From the NCBI GenBank assembly GCA_008632985.1, contig QPGO01000092.1, positions 186,001-250,000 on the forward strand: a DNA stretch of 64,000 nucleotides, written 5' to 3'. The notes under the pieces were generated by a model. It searched no databases. It saw only the letters and a program-made list of their open reading frames with translations, and was not told the origin of the DNA. The position numbers and the translations under genes were made by a program. The first letter of the stretch is position 1; every line of letters starts with the position of its first letter. Shown one piece after another: positions 52,601-64,000 of this stretch. The DNA is from Psammoneis japonica. Its lineage: Eukaryota.

Positions 52601-52914
52601 ACAATAACCACAACACGTCGGCGCCGCTTTCTTTTCCACCACCAGAAAAGCAACCAGAAATTCAGCATGACTTTAGTAGCAATGGCGGTACCATGGGAGT
52701 GGGAGGCTTTGAAGTTGGATATGGAGCCGGTGTCATGGGCGGTGGTGGACTTAGCATACCGACACCAAGTGCTACGGACGCACCCAACACCGATGGAGGT
52801 TGGGGTATAATGGGCGGCATGGGTGGAGCCAACAGCGGAGGAGGCGGTATGGATGGGATCCCAACGCCGCCGCAATCCGCTGCTGGAGACGATCCATACG
52901 CAAATCCATTTTAA
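49675..52914 (+). CDS. EH-domain endocytic adaptor (Eps15/Ede1-like)
   Basis: Two EH domains (LKNIWTLAD...GYLDKRKF; FSKSGLPQDQLRQIWNMVD...EFSMAMHLI), Pro-rich regions, coiled coil and a C-terminal NPF. Introns and frameshifts present. Confidence 0.88.
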
Positions 52915-53003
52915 ATGAAAACCTGGAGTCGACTCGTTGAACGCCGAGATCAGGTCACAGCAAATTACACGAGCGAGCTTCCATTACACATTGTAAAGCG
53001 ACT

Positions 53004-53340
53004 AGCTAGCGAGGGTTTGTATTCAACGCATTTACCCCGTTTACTCTTTACGTATTCCTTGAGCAGTAGATACTACGAATAGTTTCCTACAAACGAGCGC
53101 ACGTTCAATCAATCTCAATCATCTCCATTTCATTCATGACAGCAGCAGCATGTCCATTTTCCAATCGCTGTTTCTTGGCGACGCCTCCGTTCACTTCTGT
53201 GGTACGCTTGCGTGACGTGCTACTTGCCTCTGACTTGCGTCGGGTCAACAACTTCAATCTCATCATCGTCTTCTTCTCATATTCCTTCTTGGAAGCTCCC
53301 TTGGCGGAATCGTCCGTTTTTGGCTTCCGTACAATATATT
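53004..53340 (-). repeat. Diverged duplicate of the UBA2 3' coding end and 3' flank
   Basis: tagcgaggg...tacgtattccttgagcagtagata...tcaatcaatctcaatca...gcagcagcatgtcc...ttggcgacgcctcc at 53007-53190 matches 53585-53785. Confidence 0.85.
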
Positions 53341-53700
53341 CGACTTGTCGTCCCCAATGACATCAAGAAATTCCCTTCCTCGTTGTCTTCGTCATCTAGC
53401 TCATCTCCGTCACTAGAAGCTCCGACGCTTTGCATTCTTCCAGAGAATGTGCCGATCGGTATGAGCGCCGGAGTGAGATCCTGTATGGAGATAAATATCA
53501 TGTCCCGTATGCATGGGGGGCCGCATGATAGTCTTCCTCTTCGTGTTCTCCTTCCTCTTCGTTATGAACGCTGAAGTGAACTATAGCGAGGGTTTTTATT
53601 CAATAATGTTTACACCCATTACGTATTCCTTGAGCAGTAGATATTCTGCATTACAAATAATAGTCTCCCATTCCCCGTGTGCAAACAAACGAGCACAAAT

Positions 53701-55651
53701 TCAATCAATCTCAATCACCTCCACTTCACTCGCGGCAGCAGCAGCATGTCCGTTTTCCAATCGTTGCTTTTGGCGACGCCTCCATTCATTTCCATGTGAC
53801 GTTTGCGTTTGCTTGACTCTGGCTTGCCGTCCGGTTCCACAACTTCAATCTCGTCATTGTCCTCTTCTTCTTCTTCCTTCTTTGGAGCGTCCGTTTTCCC
53901 ATTGGATTCTGGTTTCTTGACTGCCGTCGGCTTGTCGCCACCAACGACATAGGGATGTTCCTCATCCACCACGTCGTCCTCTTTGTCCCACACTTCCTTG
54001 TGTGTTACACAGACATCCACCTCCAAATCTTGCGAAAAGTCTTCAACACGAACAATAGTGCCCTGCTGAATACCGCCACAGGGCAACTTGGACAGGACCT
54101 TTTTCATATTCACCTCAAACGCAGAACTGTCCGCGTCCTGTCCTTCTTCGTGAATGATATCTCCCTCCAATAGAATGGTGGGTTCTTCAAAGCCCAATTC
54201 GGCTTTGATAATCTTGTTCAACAACTCCTCGAGTGTCCACTTGTGAACATTGAGAGTAAGGGAAATGGTGGCGTTGCGACACACAAAGCATTTTGGGTTG
54301 GGATCGGGAGTGGAATAGGTTGCAAGTAGAGTCCCTTACGTGACTTGTTGCGAACACAAAAGGTCAATCGGCACAAATCCTTAATGCCGGGTTTGTCCTC
54401 CTTCGATGCAGATGACGCCGAGGCTTGAACTTGAAGAATATGAAAGGCTTGAAGGACTTGTAGACCCGCCACAATGGCATTGGTGGTGGCAATGGCCGGG
54501 ATAATGTTACCGGCAATGCCCTTGGCGGAGTAGAGGGACTGCAAAGGCTCAATACCAAAAACGTGAGAACGGAGATTGGAGGTTGCCGTGACGAATCGCA
54601 TGGCCAACTCGTCGTCCTTGTCGAATTCGGGCAAGAGCGGTGATGCCGTGGTAGCATCCACGAGGCACGCCGTAAACTCGGCAATGCACTCCCTGTCGGA
54701 CCAAATGGCCGTGGAAGAAAAGGACGGAGACTTGGTGGGACACACAGCATCCGCGGCAGTTCCTGCTGCAATGTCGTCCTTGGAGAGCGGCTTGGGTGTC
54801 ATCTTGGCCGTCTTGTAGCGGTCCATCTTGATTTGCTTTTCAATCTCGTCGTGATAGAGCGTCGACAAGACTTGAGACGCTGCCTTGCTAACGTCTGAGG
54901 GATCCGCCTTGGTTCCAAGTTGGGCCCTGTAGTCCATGACGGCTTGCATATACGTGCTTGGCTCCTCTCCGCTCATGTCTTCGTGCAACATGCTTTCTTC
55001 TACTTTCGGCCCAAACAGCAACTTGTAAAGCTCCTTGGCCCATACAATGGTATGCACAGGCATGGACGGAGTCGATCGAATGGTACAAATGGGATACACC
55101 TTTTGTGTCGGTTTCGCCTGACACTCGTAGCACTCGACATTGCTCGCCTTGTCTATCACGGTGACTTGTCCGAGATAACCCGTGGTTCCGGCTTCAATCA
55201 GCGGGACACCGGCTGCCAGACAGAGACGATTGACACGACGACGTGCCGTAAGATTGTCGAGTGCGTTCAATACCAAATTGAATTGCGACACAAACTGCAC
55301 GTTGAACTTGGTATTGTCACATACGTTGCCGTGATGAGCAATGTACTTTGCACTCTCGCCGGCCGTTGCCATTTTCAGAGTAGCCTCGCACGCGACCGTA
55401 CACTTGGGCATACCGACATGTTGCATACGAAAGAGGAATTGACGATTGAGGTTGGAAACGTCAATGGTATCCAGATCAATCACTTCGACCTGCCCAAAGC
55501 CACTCAGCGCGAGGTTTTTGAGCAATTCACACCCAATGCCACCGGCACCCACCAACAAGATTTTGCTTTTCAGAATCTTATCAAACAACTCGGGGCCGAC
55601 TGTGGCTTTCAGACCATCAAGAGGAGAAGGCTGTGTGGGAGTTGACGTCAT
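53701..55651 (-). CDS. UBA2: SUMO-activating enzyme subunit 2
   Basis: LVGAGGIGCELLK, DTIDVSNLNRQFLF, catalytic PICTIRSTP, GNIIPAIATTNAIVAG and a UFD-like domain. C-terminus ...EVEVIEID* (TGA 53703-53701) after small frameshifts at ~54300 and ~53770. Confidence 0.95.
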
Positions 55652-56002
55652 TGTTGTTGATGACGGGGATATGCTATGGCTTGCTTTGCTGTCTTTGTTT
55701 GCAGAAGTGGGGCGGCGGCGGCGAAAGTGAAAAGATCGCGATCATTGCTTTCGCACAGAGAGAGAGAGAGAGCGGACAGTCGGACAGACCCTCGAATTCC
55801 CGCGAATCTCGTGCCTCCGTCGTACGGTTCAAGAAAAGCTAGCTCTTAGCTACTTCTAAGAGTGTAGAGAGAGAGCAGAAGCTTGGAAGGCAAACTTCCC
55901 AACCCAAAACTACAGTACAGTACTATGCTATGGATAAACGAGCCAAACTATTTTAACTTTTCCTTTCTACTGTATTGTTCAGAGAAGTACACTACAATAC
56001 CT

Positions 56003-58713
56003 CTAGCCCTGGCTTTGCACGGTCGCGCAGTCACCAGCACCATCGTTTGTTGTCAGAGGATACTTTGGATAGATTCGTTTGTACAGCGGCAAGCAGACGG
56101 TATCGTGTTGCTTGATGGGAGCATTGAACAAACATTTCATGGTACCGTGTTCACCCACACTTTCAATAATGTTGCCATGAAGTCCGTGCTTGGTGGTGAG
56201 TCCGGCAGGCTTGAACCATTTCACGTCGTCGGGATTGTAAAACATGTACTTGACTGTGGCGTGCCGTTTGTGCACACGAACGGGATAGCCCGTTAAAATG
56301 ATGCGCTTGACGACAATGCGTTCCGCGTCCGGCTCCAAGCATGGAGCCAATGGCAACCAATTCACGAGTAGGCGGTCCTTCATCAACATTGTTTGATTCT
56401 CGAAACACCAGCACTGGACAAGGACTGTACGTGACGGGTCCAAAGACACTGGCTGCAAAAAATGCACCACCCTGCGGAAGGAAGCGTTCAAACTTGTGCT
56501 TGTCACTATTGAGATTGTTTTGACTAAACACCGGTCGTGCCTTCCAAGTTCGCCATCCACACCGAAAGGTTAACACGTCCTTGCTCTTGATGGGAACTTG
56601 GCTCTGATCGCACTTGGACGACTGACTCAAGCCCATGTGCATGACGGAAATCTTGTTTTCGTGTGGCAACAGGGTGATGGCCGTCACAAAACTATTTTCA
56701 GCATATTACCAAATGCTTGCGGAGATACATGCTCAAGTGTTATCGTCACGTAACTTCCAGAAGGAACGCAACCGTCCAAAGATCCTCGTCATCACTATCA
56801 TCATCAGATCCGACTTGCATTTTTTCTTGTCGTTCCTTGTTACTGCTACTTCCCCAAAAATCTCCATTCGCATGCACTGCAGCTTTTTGTACGTCTCTCA
56901 TGTCTGCCATGACATCACGCTGTGTCGCTTTGAAACTCGAAAAGTGGTAGACGGATCCAAAGCTCTCGGGTAAGTCTTCCTTGGGATCCCAATACGACTT
57001 GCGAAAGCTCTTGAGCGATCGGTATCGCGCAAAGCGATCACGCGCATTCTCGTCCTCGTTGAGTTCCACTTCGTCCGGAAACTCCAAGTCCTCTTTTAAA
57101 TCGCGGCGTCGTTGTTCAACCAAGGCCTTGCGTTCCTCGGCCGATACTTCCATATCGTCCTCGTCCTCCAAGGTCATTTTGGTCTTTTGATTGAGTGCCT
57201 TGGCAAGCTCCCCGTGATCCAATTCGTCTTCCAAGGCCGAATCGTCGGGAACGGCATCGAGCCACGCGGATTGGTAGTCGGACCATCCGGCAGGGCGAGC
57301 CACTCCCAGCCCGTTACCATCCTCCTCCTCTTCTTCTTCATCCACGGGATCCATGGCTTCATCAAAACCAATTAAATTCTGTTCTCCCTCAAGAGCATCG
57401 GGTGTCGCCAGCATCGTGAGACTTTCTCGCTTGGACGGATCCGACAATAAAACGTCGTACTCTTCCTCTTTGGACTCATCCATGGCATTTTGCTTCTTTC
57501 GCTTGTGTCCAAGCGGACTTGGTGCTTTTTGTACATGCTTGCAGGCAAACGTTCCCATGTGAGGAACATGTACGAGAGAGTTCACATTCCATGGGATGGA
57601 TCCACGAACAAAGCCCGTGAGTTGAACCTCTTGTTGCTCTGCATTGTACGTGGTTGCGTGCGAAACAAGGTAGGCTCGTGGAGCATCGGCAACCCACTTG
57701 GGTGGCGAAGCTGCCATGTTGCAGAGCGTCCGCACCAAGGCGTGGAGGACGACTGACTGCTTGTCGCAGTCGTGACAGCCGTGCCATCCTCGTCCATGTT
57801 ATCATCCACGTCTTGATCCAAACTGGTCAAGTCAATTTCCATCACCTTGTCATGGTCTTGACCAAACTCGGTAGTGGCAAACCGCGACACGTATCGCTTG
57901 AGATCCATTCGTCGTTTCAGCGCGGATCGTCGTGTACTCTTTGTGGATTGCATCGTCATGTAATCCTCGGTGAATTCTTCTTCCTTGACCGTGTGTGCCA
58001 AGACGGTGATGGGAGTGGGAAGTCCCTGAGCCTTGATGGCGGTCAAGATGGAATCACCTCGTTCGCTAATCAAGTGATCCCAGTTTCTTCCAATCGTTGT
58101 AGAAGAAGAGGTGGATTTTGCATCGCTTCCAATTTGCATACCCAGCACTTCCGATTCTTCTTCGTCATTTGGTCCATTCCCATCAATAACAAAGAGAACA
58201 ATATGGCAAATGCGGCATAAATCAAGTACCGCCAACACGGCGTCGTTGTCATTGTCGGTCGTATTCGTGGTCAAGTACGTCAAATTTCCGTCCTTTTTGT
58301 GAACATTGTACTTTGCCGTAGTTGCTGTGCTATTGTCATCGTTGTTGCCATGAGACACAACCTTGTCGGCACCTTTCAATAAAAACGACTCGACAGCACG
58401 TTCGATTCTGGTGTCTTGTCCCAAACTCACAATTCCAACCAGTCGCGGGGGCGGTGTCGCAGCAGAACCAACAATGCCACGCTTCTTATCCAACAGAGCC
58501 TGACGACTGGCTTGTCGTCGTTGTTGAATTTGATGACGACGATTGGCTTTGGAGTTCTGAATCGCATTGGAATGCGACAAAGACTTGAGTCCCGTTCTTT
58601 TTCCTACAATCTTCCACCGGCATTTCGAGAAAGGCTTCGTTTCGAGGCATTTGAGCGCTTGTTGCGCTTGTTGCTCTGTTTCAACCACCGGCTCGATGAT
58701 GATGAGACGGCAT
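56003..58713 (-). CDS. TSR1: Pre-rRNA-processing protein TSR1
   Basis: Start MPSHHHRAGG(L)KQSNK, AQGLP, FPDEV...ARDRFARYRSLKSFR...WDPKE, LLPHENK and KRIILTGYP...YMFYNPDDVKWFKP...LYKRIYPK. Several 1-nt frameshifts. Confidence 0.92.
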
Positions 58714-59091
58714 GGCTGTCTGTCGTTATGGTGTCTATAGCACACTCTACTTCTCTTCCCCGCTTGTGTCGTACTGTACACTATTTGTATTCGCCTCCGG
58801 CTTTTGGTTGAAAGAACAACAGTGGTTGTTGTCGGAGGGAAAAACGAAAAAATGTGAGCAGATCTGGAGATCGATGGTGGCGCAGAATCCCGATAGCGCC
58901 ATAACCCGTTTCTTATGCAACGCGGTCGAATGACGGACGAACTTTTCAATTTTGCCGCCATCCATCATTAAAGTTCCAGTGGCGCCACAATATCAGGAGC
59001 AACTCCTATTTCTATGAGTTTGACTGTACAGTAATGAAGGAGAATCAATCTTTATGTATACCGGTAGACTTTGATGTTACGTGCACATTTC

Positions 59092-59766
59092 TCAAAACGC
59101 AGTTTCTTTTGGATCATAACCTTCAAGTGTTCCCACAATGTCGTACTTGTTTTTAAATGTATAAATCCATCCCTGCAAAGCACCCTTTTCTGCGAGACTT
59201 AATGGCTTTTTTCGTTCTTCTTCCGTCTCTTCGTCAAGCTTGCTCTTGGCAAGCAACCGCGTCGCATCTCGGCCCGCAAAGATATGGTACTCACAACCAG
59301 GTCCATAAAAGTGACGTCCCTTCCAAACATTATAAACATCGCCATCTGCGGCAAAAAGTAGTGGACCGGTTTCGTCCGATCCATCGTATTGCGCCAGCTC
59401 GGCCTCGGTCCAAGGTTCTTTTCTGGGTGCGATATATGCCAATCTCTCGCGTTCTCGCAGCAATTCCGCATTTTTGGCTTGCCATTCGGCGTATTCTGCT
59501 TTACGGGCTCGTTCATCCGATCCGCTTAGCCAAACGGCGGTGCCAATTGCGACAATAACTCCTCCAGCTATCATTGCTGTTTGCGATTCCATCTGGAGTG
59601 AAACCGATCGTTGCTTTGGATTCATCATTGCATTTTGTTTTTGAGTCCGTTTTGATTGTTGAGCGATGGCGACTCTCTGAGTCAGTAGCGGCTGCAGTGC
59701 GTCTAAGCAGCTATTCAATAACGCCAACACCAGCAGTGGGGTGAAACAATGACGACGGCGTGTCAT
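59092..59766 (-). CDS. Cytochrome b5-like heme/steroid-binding protein (MAPR family)
   Basis: ELAQYDG...VYNVWKGRHFYGPG..YHIFAGRDATRLLA...W...FKNKYDIVG, preceded by a signal peptide and a TM segment. Confidence 0.92.
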   Translation of the reverse strand: MTRRRHCFTPLLVLALLNSCLDALQPLLTQRVAIAQQSKRTQKQNAMMNPKQRSVSLQMESQTAMIAGGVIVAIGTAVWLSGSDERARKAEYAEWQAKNAELLRERERLAYIAPRKEPWTEAELAQYDGSDETGPLLFAADGDVYNVWKGRHFYGPGCEYHIFAGRDATRLLAKSKLDEETEEERKKPLSLAEKGALQGWIYTFKNKYDIVGTLEGYDPKETAF

Positions 59767-60502
59767 GATGGCAAGGATGACATGGTCAAGTCGACAGATA
59801 CAGTATACAGTCGATAGCTCGTTACACGTCTAACTTTCGTCCCATCTCCCATCCCATGACCCATGATTTCAGTGTCATTGTGTCGTACAAAATGGTTGGA
59901 GAAGGTGTACAAACCAATCAACTCCCGCAGCTTTTTACTGTCTGTGCACGATCGCGACCCCCAGACCCCGACGACACTCCACAACAACAACAAATGGCAA
60001 ACGTCTCGGTCCATCACGTCCTCACTCCCTTCCTTCTTTTTTGCTCTGTCCTTGACAGAAAAGCTGTCCACACGTCATTTGCAATGTGCCTTGACAACAA
60101 GAGATGCTGAGGAGCTCCAACTGACTGACGACATGAAACTCGGTGGCAAGCTGGTTTTGGAGACGGGGACATCTGGCAGCTGTGCGGGGCAATCCCATCT
60201 TTGTCAAAACAAATTCATCTCATTTTTTCTCAAAACAACATTGGCCCTATTGGCATCGGGTGTGCCTGTGTGCAAGGCACTGAAGGACAACACGACCTTC
60301 GTGCGCCACACAGATCTCGAGCTTGAGGAAAATGTTTGAGTTGACAATGAGAGTTCAAAGCACACCTGAGAGTTGCTGGAGGAAAATCAAATTCCAAGGT
60401 GTTTGCATCTTTGTTGAACTGACACCAGAGATGATGGAGCAGAGGACAAGATTGACAAAGGTGCTGCCCGGAACAAATCAGTTGTTGAAACCTCACATGG
60501 AC

Positions 60503-61608
60503 GCGCTCCAGCTCCAGGTGGGACCTCGCAGCACTGAACTGTGACATCAATGGTTTTTTGGATCGCACCATGTGTCGCGCACGCAGATGGCTGCGTGTGA
60601 CATTCTATGAAATTGTTTCATGCTTCCCATTTTGCGAAGCCAAAGGCTTTCTATTTTCAACATTTATGACAATGAAAATGCTCTGGGTGTGTTCTTCAAT
60701 GTCTGTAGAATGTGCCCATGTAAACTGTTGTTCATGTGCTGCAAGTGTGAAGGAGGAGACACGTTCGTAAAATTGCCTCTTTTTCTGATGGCCATCATGT
60801 GCATTTTTGTTGATCAACAATTTCAACGCAGAGCTCTCACGCAGAATTCTGCGGGCCCAATGTCACACGGAGTCCCACCTGGGATTGGAACCCGTCCACA
60901 GATCTGCAGAGAAGCCTCGCTGGAAGCCAAGGTGCCAAAGCGGTGGATTGGGGGGAACCTTGCCCAGAGCAAAGCAATTCAACCAGTTGGGCTTGGCACA
61001 AATTACATTGGTGATGAAGGTGCCAGAGTCATTTCCAAGTGCTTTGTTGAGAACAAAGCAGCTTTGTGCTCACACTTCTCTGCAGCAACCAAATCGGGGA
61101 TGAAGGAGCAAAAGCCATTGGACAGATGCTGCAAAAAAGAGTTGCATGCTGAGGGATCACAACACTCATGAGAATCAGTTTGGCAGTTCTGGGAAGATGG
61201 CGTCAGTGCAAGAGTTGAAGGAAACTGTGGTTTCCCGTGCTTGGTTGATGGGGAACAACGTTGGGCAGGAACTTGCATCTGAAATCAAGGGCTGATGCGT
61301 TCCAGCTCTAGGTGGGTCCTCGCAGCACTGAACTGTGACATCAACAGTTTTTTGGATCGCGCCGCATGTCGCGCACGTAGATGGCTGCGTGTGACATTCT
61401 ACGAAATTGTTTCATGCTGCCCATTTTGCGAAGCCAAAGGCTTTCTATTTTCAACATTTGTGACAATGAATTTGCGCTGGGTGTGTTCTTTGATGTCTGG
61501 AGAATGTGCCCATGCAAACTGCTGTTCATGTGCTGCAAGTGTGAAGGAGGAGATGCGTTTTTAAAATTGCCTCTTTTTCTGTTGGCGATCATGTGCATTT
61601 TTGTTGAT
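60503..61608 (+). repeat. ~310-bp direct repeat pair (60503-60814 and 61297-61608)
   Basis: tccagctc.aggtggg.cctcgcagcactgaactgtgacatcaa...atcatgtgcatttttgttgat is present twice. Confidence 0.93.
60960..61150 (+). pseudogene. Fragment of RNI-type leucine-rich repeats
   Basis: LGLGTNYIGDEGARVISKC and, in another frame, LCSNQIGDEGAKAIGQMLQ match the LxLxxNxIGDEGAxxL consensus. Confidence 0.65.
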
Positions 61609-64000
61609 TAAGGTTCCGAATGGACCTGCAACCCGGACATGCTCCATGCAAAAATGCAGCAGCGCTGCGTGGAGGGGAATGCGTTGGAATCTACACCAAC
61701 ATGCCACAGTTCTCAAAAATCATGAAAATCTCAGAATGCGTGCAAATGACAATGGCGTTTGCAGCGCTGTGTCGACAGCGCTCCTTCACCTTCCACCCAA
61801 TCTCAAGTGGTGTTGGATGGACAACGCAGCGATGCACTTGATTCTGAAGCATGGTGGCCATCCGTCACTCCCCCTTTGTGATGTGGAGAATGCAATGCGT
61901 GGGAAGCGTGATGCCACCGCGACGGAACGGGACCGATTCAACACCCTCGGTGCTCATCACACTTGCTGCAAGTTTGGATTTCGAGAAAATGGTTGCAAAT
62001 GTTACAAAGAACAGCGTGATTCATTCGTCACCATTCCAAGGATTGCGCCAAACTGCTTCATTCAGAACAAGACGCTGTTTCAAGATGCGCACAACGCATT
62101 GGAGAATGCCGGTTACACTCGCGCCCCGGACAAAAAGAGTTTGGAGACAGAAGACACCGAATCCAAGACAAGTGCATCAAAGATCAGTGGCTCTAGTTTC
62201 AATCATGATGTGGAGAAGGGTGGCAGCTCTCCTGAAACTCGGCACAACAGTGGCAGCATCGGTTCCAGTGCCAGTGCAGACGACAACAAAGAAAATTTCG
62301 CGTTGGACTCGTCATTTGACAACATGACCAGCTGCAAGAAGTCTAGCATCAAAATGGATGACAAGTGGATGAAAGACATGTTCAATCACAATCGAAAGTG
62401 CGGTCATGATGCGAGCTTGGTGGCTAGAACTAATCTCTCATTCGGCTTGAAAGAAGTTTGGCGTTGCTCGTTTTGTCGGAAGGAAATGGTGTGGTGGCCG
62501 GCGGAACAAGTGAAGCAACCATCAGGCCAACTTGTGTCAGAAGATTTGGTTCTTGTTGTGTTGGCTTCCATTGATGCTGGAGTCTCCAGAGAGAAACTGC
62601 AGGAGCTTTGTGCAGGGTTTGGTGGGGTGTGCCCGCCGAAATCTGCAATCGACGAGCAATTCAAATGCATTGAGAAGGTTGGGCTAGCTGTGGTGAAGGA
62701 ACAACTACTTCAGAATCGCAGAGAGCATGTGGAAGAAAGCAGGAAGCAGCGACATTGTGAGGGCGACTTTGAGTTTGCCAATCAAGACAGCAAGCATCAC
62801 AGTTTCGCAACGGGACCGACAAACAATGATGGTGGCGGACCGATGCAATGGATCTGCCATCGAGTCAAAGGTGTGCTTCATTGCTTGGTCTGCATTGGCT
62901 TGGTGACAGGCAAGCCACTTGCCACAATTGTAGATCAAATCAGCTGTGGTGCTTGTTCCCGTGTTGTCCCCATGTGTCTAAAAACCATCCTGAAAAGCAA
63001 CATGGCGACATTCGTCCCGGCGAGATTGATTTCTCGCATGATGGCTCGTGTTCTCGGAACTCGAAGTACGGCCCCGGGGTGGCAGAAGAGCATGCCAACG
63101 TCAAACTTGCAAGAGAGCTGCTGTTGGACGATGACGGTGCCTTCCGGTCCGATGATGTGGGCATTGTGCCCCGTGAGATAACTTCAGATGGGGACACAAG
63201 AAGCATCGTTGCATTTGTAAAAGAGCAGCGTGACATGGTCGGAGATGCTGCTGAGGGATTTTCGCAGCAGCTGCCTGATGGTGGGCACATGACAAAGATG
63301 GTGAAAGGCGGCTGCTTCACATTGGCATCAAAGAACCCTGAGTTCAAAAAGGGTCTTTCGACTCCACGGACAGAGGCCATTGTGTCAGATTATTCTCGAC
63401 GCATGTCCCTGCATCATCACGTGCTTCTGATTGTCGAGAATCGACAGCAACATGTCAGGCACAGCAAAGATGCACAAGAGACCATGGAACAAAAGTGCAA
63501 GAGACTTCTCTGGTTATTTTCATTCAAGCACCAGCAAGACAAGGCAAGAGAAAGATGCTTGAACGGCCTCCAGTCAATTGTTCCTCACCACTGTGGAGAC
63601 CATAGATTGTGCAATTTGCGCAACTGCAAGCACCTTCAAGCAGAGCGATGAGTTCATGTGAGAGCAGAACTAGACAAAGCTGCGCCCCTGGCAAAAGGCG
63701 ACTTCAACAAGCAGGTTTGGGAGCTCTGTCAAAAAGAGGCTCGGTTTCACGGAGCGACGATGAAGGTGTCCAACAAAGGAAAGAAAGTTCTGACTAAAGT
63801 TGTCACTTCAAGAGCAAATGAGTCCAACATTGATCGGGTTGCACGGCTGAGTGATGGAAATGGAGTCAAGAATTTTTTTGCCTTTGTGAACAAGTGGACG
63901 GAAGGAAAGTGGATGTGCTTTGGGCAATCGGACACATTCACATTTCTCTGTTGCTGTGTCGCAGCACGAGCTGGAAACAGAGAATTCACAACCAAGGTTT
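61601..64000 (+). pseudogene. Mutated DDE transposase resembling the Pfam 'Mutator-like transposase' family
   Basis: Ordered motifs CSFC, VLASIDAGV..EKL..LCAGFG, NDGG, CIGLVTGKPL...SCGAC, CSRN...GVAEE, TSDGDT, DGGHMTK and HHCGDHRLC resemble DG..TGK..CxxC..CxxN..GDGD..HxxK..HxxGxHxxC. Frameshifted. Confidence 0.65.

Larger units (their letters stand above)
59910..64000. mobile_element. TpA-depleted transposon region running off the window end
   Basis: Sharp drop in TA after ~59910. Contains a direct repeat, an LRR fragment and a transposase-like ORF. Confidence 0.75.

Noticed and set aside
54920..55645. Long antisense ORFs over UBA2, TSR1 and other genes
   Set aside because: Shadow ORFs of codon-biased genes on the opposite strand.
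1747..58713. Functional cluster of translation/ribosome genes (eIF1A, RPS8, methylase, TSR1)
   Set aside because: They are dispersed among unrelated genes, which is compatible with chance.

Overview
Eukaryotic, gene-dense DNA that looks like a diatom or similar stramenopile: short GT-AG introns, bipartite signal plus 'F' plastid-type leaders, and a DUF1800-DUF1501 fusion. Genes I recognise: eIF1A, RPS8, two FH2 formins with CCDC53-like repeats, an importin-beta-like protein, P5C reductase, an mTERF protein, an SPPL2-like protease, a YtqB-like methylase, an EH-domain protein, UBA2, TSR1 and a cytochrome-b5-like protein. Many conserved genes carry 1-nt frameshifts, probably long-read consensus errors. 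The most striking signal is that all three non-genic repeat/transposon regions (about 2.5-5.15 kb, 45.1-47.9 kb and 59.9-64 kb) have lost most TpA dinucleotides. Aligned repeat copies show TA, CA and TG at the same site, with TA kept at array edges. This suggests a repeat-targeted A:T->G:C hypermutation at TpA acting on both strands, the reverse of fungal RIP. No candidate enzyme for it is visible in the window. All counts were made by eye and all family calls come from motif recognition, not database searches.
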